DNA of 64,000 bases. Source: a virus. The stretch is taken from positions 1 to 64,000 of IMG/VR virus record IMGVR_UViG_3300028384_000675; one strand, 5' to 3'. Position numbers and translations under genes: made by a program. This document shows positions 57,401-64,000 of this stretch, piece by piece. The first letter of the stretch is position 1; each line of letters opens with the position of its first letter. A model generated the notes under the pieces. That model searched no databases and was not told the origin of the DNA. It saw only the letters and a program-made list of their open reading frames with translations.

Positions 57401-60400
57401 ACCTTATCAGAACTTATAGCAACGTGTTGCCCGAACATATCGCTCGTTGCCCCATCGTATGCTGTTAGTTTCGTTGGTGTCGCAGAAAGATCGTTCGCGT
57501 CATAGACATAGGCAGTGCCTGTATTGCTATTATCGCCCCTCGCTCCGATAACGACCTGACTAGAGGATGCTTCGATTGATATTCCAAACATTTGGTTTTC
57601 TGAAGCATCCGGAGATACCAACTTAGTTGGTTGAACAGAAAGGTCTGACTTATCGAAAACGTATACCGCTCCAGAATTATTTCCGTGATCGTCATCAAAC
57701 GATCCGACTAATATCTTATCAGCAGTCGTAGCGAATCGATATCCGAAGTTATCACTCACAGCGCCATCATATGCTGTCAACTTAGTTGGTTGTGCATTAA
57801 GGTTATTTATGTCAAAGACATAAACTGCACCGGCATAAGTTGCCTCTTGATCATCCCAAGAATTTCCGACAATAATTTGATCTTCGGTAACTAGAACACG
57901 TTCTCCGAACCTTTTATCTCCTGCTTGATTATGCATATCATATGCTGTCAGTTTTGTTGGAGTAGCAGAAAGGTTGTTCAAATCGTACACGTAAACTGAA
58001 CCAGAGTTAGGTTGCCCATCATCATCACCATATGATGTTACAGCTAATATATTAGAATTTAAAGAAGAATGCCTGCCGAAGGAATCACCCGCAGCACCAT
58101 CAAACGCAGTTAGTTTCGTTGGTTGGGCAGATAGATTATTCGCGTCAAAGACATAAACTGAACCAGAATTAGACCCGTTGTCATCGTCTCCTGCTGCTGA
58201 CACAACCACATAATTCGTACCAGAGATTACTTCCTCATAACTCCATGCGATCGCATCACCTTCTGGATCAGTTCCGACTGCAGTGATCACAGTGTCCTGA
58301 CCTTGAGTCAACGTGTAAGCAGACTGGATTCCAGTCACCGATGGCGCTTGGTTGACGTAAGTAAAGTCAAAGTCAGAAGTTGCTGAAGTTGCGTTACCTT
58401 CTGAGTCAGTCGCAGTAATGCGTAACTGGAAGTCAGCATCAGCAGTTCCTGGCGTTACTGTAAACACGTTATCAGATTGTGTTACAGTGACACCGTTGAG
58501 TTGTGAAGGAGCAGAAACTGCAGCGACTGCCCAACCGAAACGATCGTCGTAAGCAGCATCAAATGCGAACAACTTAGTTGGTGCTGCTGATAGATCGTTT
58601 CTATCATAAACCCATACTGACCCATTTCTGCCATCGTCCATATTGGCGCCAATTACAATACTGTCTTCATTTATAGAGATATCTTGTCCGAAGTATTCGG
58701 ATTCAGTATCGCCATCATCAGGTGCCGTGAGTTTTGTTGGAGCAGCAGAAAGATCGCTAGTATCATAGACATAAACTGCGCCTTGATAAGCATTACCATT
58801 TTCTGATTTTCTTTCTGCACCAACTACAAGAGACCCATGACGTGCATCGACCCGCTCTCCAAAGTAACTATTTGACGTTAAATCTGACTCAGTAATAATT
58901 GTTGGCGCTGCTGATAGATCACTCAGAGCGTAAGCAAAGACTGCACCTTTTCTACCATTATATCCCATGGCACCAACGTAAAGATTAGTGTCATCAGAAG
59001 CGAGGTAACAACCTAACTGTAAGTAATCTGTACCATCTTCGAGTTTTGTTGGTGCTGCTGATAGATCGCTCAGAGAATATACATAAACTGCTCCGTGATT
59101 ATAAGAACCATGTTGTCGGCAACCAACATAAACATTATTGCTGTCTATGTGTACAGCTCTTCCAAATTGATCAGAACTACCGCCATCAGGTGTAACCAAC
59201 TTGGTAGGAGTTGCACCTAAATTAGAAGCGTCATAGACATAAACTGCACCGGCATTAGTCGTTTTTGTATCGTCGTTGATTGCAGAGACTACTACATGCG
59301 TTTCAGTTGCTGAAATTGCCCAACCCACATTGTCAGACGCAGTTGATGGTGATAGTATTGTTGGTGCTGCTGATAGATCGCTTAAATCATAGACGTAGGC
59401 GCTACCAAAATTGTTCCCTCCGGTGTCATCGGAATAAGCACCAACGTAAAGTTTAGTGCTAGTCATAAACATACTCGCACCATAATTGCCGGAAACTGGT
59501 GATAATTTAGTTGGTCGAACAGATAAATTGTTAGCATCATAGACATAAACTGAACCAGAGTTAGTTCCGTGAACGTCATCGAGCGGTGCACCAACAGCAA
59601 TATAACTTGATCCAGACTTAACTTCTTCGAACGACCATGTAATCGCGTCACCTTCTGGATCAGTTGCCGCAGCAGTGATCACAGTATCCTGACCTTGAGT
59701 CAGCGTGTAAGCAGACTGGATTCCAGTGACGGTTGGCGCTTGGTTGACATAGTCGAAGTTGACCGTTGCTGGTACAGTTGCCGTGTTACCGTTTGAGTCA
59801 GTCGCCTTGATGTTCAATGTAAACGAAGCATCCTGAGTTCCTGGCGTTACTGTGAACACGTTATCAGACTGTGTTACAGTAGTTCCGTTGAGTGCAGATG
59901 ATAATACATTATATTCATTAACATTCTTAGAGTCATTGTAGTCCGCAACAAAAACCTTACCAGATCCGAAACCTATACCCAACTCAGAATAATTATATGA
60001 GTATTCAGATGGATTGTATGATCCTGCTAAAGCATTTGTACTTAGATCATATATCCTCATCTCACCAGAATTATGATTCAGTATCAAATATCCATCAGAG
60101 ACAGATATCTGTTCAGATATCTGACTACTAGAATATGAAACTACATCAGAGAGTCTATTTCCAGTGGTAGCATCGTATACGAAGATGGTTCTTTGGTCCG
60201 AAACATAAATCTTATCGTTCGAAATCTCAACATCCGCTATCTCATTAACTCCATCGAAATCGATTCTAAATGAACCATTTTGATAATCTGTGATGTCTGG
60301 ATATACAGTTAAGTGTTTTCCATATGAACTCTTGCTAGCCACTACAACCTTATTCTCTTCGGATACTATAACTTCTCCCCATTTAGCATATTCTACAGCA

Positions 60401-63400
60401 CCTTGTGGATCAGCAATCCATCCATCTATTTCAGCATATGTGTTTTTGTCGTAAATACGAATTGCACCAGATTGGTTTCCTGATTGATGTCTCCCATGAG
60501 CACCAACAACAATTCTATCGGTTGTCACAGTGACAGCGAAACCGAATTTTTCACCGTTAGATCCAGATGGGTTGTAGATTGATTGGAGTTTATTACCATT
60601 CAGGTCTGCAATCACAATACCACCTGCTTGGGTTCCGCCTGTAGGCGCTAATTGCTCCCCGCCGCTGACAACAATATCGTCCCCAAAGGCAATTGAAGCG
60701 CCTAAAAACTGAGATCCGGATGTCGAATCAGGTTCTATTCTATTAATCAATTGTCCTGTTTGATGATTGAACAGGAATACTGCTCCTCCATAACTACTAT
60801 ATCCAGTATTACTGATCGCAACGATATCACCGCTTACTTTTACCGTCTTCCCTGGGCGATCAGAAGACCCCGGATCTGCAAATTTATATGGTGCATAACT
60901 GTTTCGAACGAACGATTCAGAAGTTAGAGAAACAGATAGTTGCTCCTCGAACGACCATGTGATCGCATCACCTTCTGGATCAGTTGCAGCAGCAGTGATC
61001 ACTGTATCCTGACCCTGAGTCAGCGTATATGCTGCGTCAATACCAGTAACGGTTGGAGCGAAGTTATGCGCTCTTGCGTCTGCTGTATCATACATTGCAA
61101 GAGAAGATCCCAAGAATGCGCGATTAGTTGGATTAGACTGGTGAATTGTATTCAGTAGATTACCGCTCATGTCGTATACACGGAGTTCACCAGAAGAAGT
61201 CTCTGCTGCATTCTTACCGTAGTCGCCGACAACGATTCTGTTGTTTGCAACAGAGATTCGAGTGTTGTTGGTAGATGCGATCTTTTGCATATTCGATCCA
61301 TCAAGGTCGAAGATGTAGAAGTGAGCGGCGTTATCTGAACCGACAACAACCTTCTCATGTCCAATTGCGAGACCAGTACCGAAACGGGCAACACTTGTAA
61401 GTGCTGGATCGTAGAGTCTTACCTCATTAGATCCATCGAGGTCATAAAGATAAACCGATCCAGCGAAACTGTTGATTGATCCGCCGTCAGCGATAAACGC
61501 AGTAACTGCAATTTTTCCGTTACCAATAGCGATCTCATAATCGCCGAATTGATCGCTTTCAGTCTGACCATCTGTAGCAGAAATTGTATTTATGAACGTT
61601 CCCTGCATGTCATAGATATAAACCTGACCTGAATCTGTAACACCGTCAGCATCTGCCATTGGAGCGCCGACTACGATTCTTCCATGACCCGCAGCAACTT
61701 TCCAACCGAATTTGGTCCAACCGTTCTGACTTCCTGCTCCTGGTAATCCAGCAGAAGGTTCAGTAACTTTAATTTCGTTTGAACCATCCAAGTCGTAAAT
61801 GTAGAATTCCCCTAGTCCAGAACCGCCTTCATAAGTACCGACGATAATCTTCCCATCGCTGATTGCGACTGATGTACCGAATAGGGTACTAGGTGCCGAA
61901 GGAGTTATCTCTATTGGTTCGTTTGTAGTTGCGAGATCGTATACGAAGACTCTCTGTTCAGTTCGTTGACCAACAACGAGGATTGTACCGTCGATTGCCA
62001 TGTTTTCGTCAGCACCGAACTGAGAATCATTATCCATACCTGCTGGGATGAACAATTCTTTCTCGTTTGATCCGTCAAGGTCAAACGCATACAATTTGTT
62101 CGAGTAGTTGTTATTTGATGCTGCTGCAATAATTCTTCCAACAGAAGTATCATTAACAACTGGTACCGGAATCTCATAATCGAACGTTGGTGTGACCTTA
62201 GTAGAATTGCCTTCTGAGTCAGTCGCCTTGATGTTCAATGTAAACGAAGCATCCTGAGTTCCTGGTGTTACTGTGAATACGTTATCAGATTGTGTGATAG
62301 TGACACCGTTGAGTGCAGACGAAGAAACATACCCTACCATATTGTCACTAAATGCAACATAAGTATTTGACCCAGAGATTTGATGCGATGTTCCTTGCCC
62401 AGTATAGAGATATGTACCAGAACTTAAATCCGCAAAGTCATATACATACAATTTTCCGGTGTTATTATTCTCAGTCTTGTCTCCAACAAAGAGTCTATCT
62501 CCTGATACGGCAAGATCTGAACCGAATTCATAACCCGTATTGGAAGGTTTGTATATGATTGCTGGATTGGCACTCAAGTTATTCCTATCGAACACCCATA
62601 CGCTTCTATCACTTTCTTTCTGGACTATTACATGATCAGAAGAAAGTGCAACACTTCTACCAAATTTAGCGCTTCTAATAGCAAACAAAGGTACAGATAT
62701 TGGCGCTGCAGACAAATTTTCAGTATCGTAAATATACGCTGCTCCGGAGTTTGCCTGAGATCCATTATATTCAAACGGTATACCAACGACAAAATGCGTT
62801 CCGAAAGCGGCAATGGAACAGTCTTGTAAAGTTGCAGACGCATTTAGTACTGTTGGAGACGCAGATAAATCGTCAAGGTCATATACGACCAAAATTCCAT
62901 AACTTTGACCTGACGCAGTCGACTGCGAACAGATCAACTTATTACCCGAAACGACGATATTTTCACCAAAATCACGATTCATTGCAGAATTTGGCGAAGT
63001 TAGTACTGTCTTGTTAACAGTATACGGATCGACGGTACCAGAACCTAAATCATTCAGATCAAATACCCATATTGCACCGCGATTGTTTGTTAATGATGGA
63101 TGACCTACAATTAGGTGATTATCTGTAATTGCAATTGATTCTGCAGTAGATTGATACTGTATTTCAACTTCATGGGTAGATAAATCATTTAGGTCATATA
63201 TTCTTATTGAATTACCACGCTTTCCTGCTAATTTACCGCCGCCAACAGTCATCATTATCAGAGGATCTTGAATGGTTTCGATTAGTTCCATTGTAGACGG
63301 GTTGTACAAATATGTGTCGTAACTGCTTTTAACAAAAACGCCTGATCCCAGTACTTCTTCGAACGACCATGTGATTGCATCGCCTTCTGGATCAGTTCCG

Positions 63401-64000
63401 ACTGCTGTGATCACAGTATCCTGACCTTGAGTCAGTTCATATGTTGAGTCAACGCCAGCAATTACTGGTGGTTGATTGACATATATGATGTTAGTTGTTA
63501 CAGATGTTGTGTTGTCTTCAGTGTCAGTCGCAGTAATACGCAAGTTGAAATCTGCATTTTTCATTTCTGCTGTTGGTGTCACTGTAAACGTGTTATCAGA
63601 TTGCGTGATAGTGACGCTGCTCGCTGGAGCAGTGTTTGCTGAAACTCTAATTCCAAAGAAATCCCGATATCCACCATCGAATGCTGTTAACTTGGTTGGT
63701 GCTGCGGATAGATCGTTTAGATCATAAACATAAGTCGAACCGGCTTGATTTTCACTATAACTCGATCCGACGATAACATGATCGTCAGTTATCGCAACAT
63801 CTGATCCGAAAAATTCGAATTCAGAGTCGCCGTCATCTCCCACATACAATTGAGTCGGTTGAGCAGAAAGGTCGCTTAGGTCAAAGACGTAAACAGCACC
63901 TTGATACACTTGTCCATCCATTGTTTTTCTATGGGCAGCGATTACAGCAAAATTTTCGTTCGCTACAATCCTATCTCCGAAGTTGTCTCGACCATGACTA
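53887..64000 (-). CDS. Giant adhesin-like virion protein: FG-GAP beta-propellers plus cadherin/Ig-like domains (5' end beyond window)
   Basis: Repeated FG..VA....(I/V)VGA...G.VYVYD blades and NQAP..TG...T.TQGQ...ATDPEGD / TQSDNVFTVTP...ATDS.GN domains. Frame stays open upstream of 63921 to the edge. Confidence 0.9.
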   Translation of the reverse strand, partial: SHGRDNFGDRIVANENFAVIAAHRKTMDGQVYQGAVYVFDLSDLSAQPTQLYVGDDGDSEFEFFGSDVAITDDHVIVGSSYSENQAGSTYVYDLNDLSAAPTKLTAFDGGYRDFFGIRVSANTAPASSVTITQSDNTFTVTPTAEMKNADFNLRITATDTEDNTTSVTTNIIYVNQPPVIAGVDSTYELTQGQDTVITAVGTDPEGDAITWSFEEVLGSGVFVKSSYDTYLYNPSTMELIETIQDPLIMMTVGGGKLAGKRGNSIRIYDLNDLSTHEVEIQYQSTAESIAITDNHLIVGHPSLTNNRGAIWVFDLNDLGSGTVDPYTVNKTVLTSPNSAMNRDFGENIVVSGNKLICSQSTASGQSYGILVVYDLDDLSASPTVLNASATLQDCSIAAFGTHFVVGIPFEYNGSQANSGAAYIYDTENLSAAPISVPLFAIRSAKFGRSVALSSDHVIVQKESDRSVWVFDRNNLSANPAIIYKPSNTGYEFGSDLAVSGDRLFVGDKTENNNTGKLYVYDFADLSSGTYLYTGQGTSHQISGSNTYVAFSDNMVGYVSSSALNGVTITQSDNVFTVTPGTQDASFTLNIKATDSEGNSTKVTPTFDYEIPVPVVNDTSVGRIIAAASNNNYSNKLYAFDLDGSNEKELFIPAGMDNDSQFGADENMAIDGTILVVGQRTEQRVFVYDLATTNEPIEITPSAPSTLFGTSVAISDGKIIVGTYEGGSGLGEFYIYDLDGSNEIKVTEPSAGLPGAGSQNGWTKFGWKVAAGHGRIVVGAPMADADGVTDSGQVYIYDMQGTFINTISATDGQTESDQFGDYEIAIGNGKIAVTAFIADGGSINSFAGSVYLYDLDGSNEVRLYDPALTSVARFGTGLAIGHEKVVVGSDNAAHFYIFDLDGSNMQKIASTNNTRISVANNRIVVGDYGKNAAETSSGELRVYDMSGNLLNTIHQSNPTNRAFLGSSLAMYDTADARAHNFAPTVTGIDAAYTLTQGQDTVITAAATDPEGDAITWSFEEQLSVSLTSESFVRNSYAPYKFADPGSSDRPGKTVKVSGDIVAISNTGYSSYGGAVFLFNHQTGQLINRIEPDSTSGSQFLGASIAFGDDIVVSGGEQLAPTGGTQAGGIVIADLNGNKLQSIYNPSGSNGEKFGFAVTVTTDRIVVGAHGRHQSGNQSGAIRIYDKNTYAEIDGWIADPQGAVEYAKWGEVIVSEENKVVVASKSSYGKHLTVYPDITDYQNGSFRIDFDGVNEIADVEISNDKIYVSDQRTIFVYDATTGNRLSDVVSYSSSQISEQISVSDGYLILNHNSGEMRIYDLSTNALAGSYNPSEYSYNYSELGIGFGSGKVFVADYNDSKNVNEYNVLSSALNGTTVTQSDNVFTVTPGTQDASFTLNIKATDSNGNTATVPATVNFDYVNQAPTVTGIQSAYTLTQGQDTVITAAATDPEGDAITWSFEEVKSGSSYIAVGAPLDDVHGTNSGSVYVYDANNLSVRPTKLSPVSGNYGASMFMTSTKLYVGAYSDDTGGNNFGSAYVYDLSDLSAAPTILSPSTASDNVGWAISATETHVVVSAINDDTKTTNAGAVYVYDASNLGATPTKLVTPDGGSSDQFGRAVHIDSNNVYVGCRQHGSYNHGAVYVYSLSDLSAAPTKLEDGTDYLQLGCYLASDDTNLYVGAMGYNGRKGAVFAYALSDLSAAPTIITESDLTSNSYFGERVDARHGSLVVGAERKSENGNAYQGAVYVYDTSDLSAAPTKLTAPDDGDTESEYFGQDISINEDSIVIGANMDDGRNGSVWVYDRNDLSAAPTKLFAFDAAYDDRFGWAVAAVSAPSQLNGVTVTQSDNVFTVTPGTADADFQLRITATDSEGNATSATSDFDFTYVNQAPSVTGIQSAYTLTQGQDTVITAVGTDPEGDAIAWSYEEVISGTNYVVVSAAGDDDNGSNSGSVYVFDANNLSAQPTKLTAFDGAAGDSFGRHSSLNSNILAVTSYGDDDGQPNSGSVYVYDLNNLSATPTKLTAYDMHNQAGDKRFGERVLVTEDQIIVGNSWDDQEATYAGAVYVFDINNLNAQPTKLTAYDGAVSDNFGYRFATTADKILVGSFDDDHGNNSGAVYVFDKSDLSVQPTKLVSPDASENQMFGISIEASSSQVVIGARGDNSNTGTAYVYDANDLSATPTKLTAYDGATSDMFGQHVAISSDKVVVSAYADDDRGAQSGSVYVFDANDLSAQPTKLTAFDGAATDMFGTGLAVTSEQIIVGAYGGPGSTYTGVVYVYDINDLSAQPTRLTAYDGAGADYFGYSVSANNLSSQLNGVTVTQSDNVFTVTPAQQDATFQLTFKATDSNGNVTSTTSDFDFTYVNQAPSLGGIEPAYTLTQGVNEVIVPVVSDAEGETVTMSYEEVLGEGVPSGMNGTTVTQNGNDFTVTPGQQDANFTLRFTATDESGNQTNFDSEFTLDYNDAPSITGVDSSYTLDQGQDTEITVTTSDSDGDTVSLTYAVTSGDLSGTTVTQAGNVFTITPGDQDATFQLTFTATDTNGAATTATSDITFDYNAAPVITGIESVYTLTQGVDEVIVGMSSDADGDAVTWSFAEVLNGGVPSGLNGTAITQNGGEFTVTPGTADANFTIRFTLTDTAGNTDTRDADFSLTYVNQAPSVTGIDSTYTLTQGQGTVITAAATDPEGDTVTWSYEAVSSTSQDQLFVSAIQSNSYQGYVYVYNPTDLTEEPTLLTAPNGSSAERFGFSMEIDSDKIYIGEMMSDESDETWGGAVYIYDRSDLSAAPTMLTGEAQNNLRFGSGISVTDDLLIIGAYGWGPTTNSNDDYTGKVYIYNKSDLSLQATLTPTNGDHRDYFGLGGGITVTSNHILIGSMGDDDNSTDAGAVYVYDVNTYAFVQKLTAPDASESDRFGGYSIKTYGGKIYISAVTADHNSNGTSGGAVYVYNESDLSFVEKLVAFDAAEGDYFGMSVLPHEDKLFVGAHQRNSSAGAIYVYNINNLSAAPTVLESPATGAMLGYNTTIIGDKLYSSAHRKDASTGGMYVYILSDLSAAPELVNPPAGTGTSISFGFNAVGSVAPSPLGDVTVAQSDNVFTVTPGQQDADFQLTFKATDSEGNVTSVSSDFDFTYVNQAPSVTGIESSYLLTAGGSGTAITAVGTDPEGDAITWSYEEVASGSSYVVVGAWGDGDNGSSSGSVYVYDANNLSATPTKLTAFDAAAGDCFGENVFATADKIIVGARLDDDNGSQSGSVYVYDANNLSATPTKLTAFDGAAGDFFGISIATAADKIIVGAYGEDSYTGSVYVYDINNLSAQPTKLTAFDGAANDKFGYSITTSSDKIVVGANGDDFNGSVYVYDANDLSAQPTKLTAFDGASFDSFG

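Noticed and set aside
53400-58200. Diversity-generating retroelement
   Set aside because: No reverse transcriptase or non-coding template repeat in the window, and differences between blades are not obviously confined to adenines. A remote DGR cannot be excluded.
24-63727. Numerous plus-strand and nested ORFs in the track (e.g. 896-1537, 10568-11020, 46770-47270)
   Set aside because: They are shadows of well-supported minus-strand genes, with no recognisable motifs.
1-64000. tRNA/rRNA genes
   Set aside because: No cloverleaf or rRNA-like sequence noticed in the short intergenic gaps. This was by eye; tRNAscan was not run.

Overview
This window is part of a large T4-like myovirus genome, probably marine and infecting a proteobacterium (host is inferred; no photosynthesis genes seen). 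Almost all real genes are on the minus strand. Left to right: the replication/recombination module (uvsX, an AEP primase-polymerase-like gene, gp43, hsp20, regA, gp62/44/45, gp46/47, gp55, uvsW/uvsY); the head/tail core (gp3, 23, 22, 21, 20, 19, 18, 17, 16); and about 31 kb of baseplate, fibre and adhesin genes, including a 3595-aa fibre and a >3600-aa beta-propeller/Ig protein that runs off the edge. Most notable: (1) The terminase large subunit is fractured by an atypically split intein with a GIY-YIG homing endonuclease gene between the halves. The C-half has no ATG/GTG/TTG start, so its expression may depend on the endonuclease gene. (2) An Asp-Ser motif is strongly enriched in virion proteins only and is a candidate modification sequon. 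(3) A cassette-built giant adhesin carries an in-frame TAG-TAA in its most homogenised propeller. (4) gp23 lacks its conserved C-terminus. (5) hsp20 has a ROSE-like RNA thermometer, and gp43 appears leaderless. Caveat: the gp23 deletion, the double stop and the missing start could each be assembly or consensus errors and need read-level checking.
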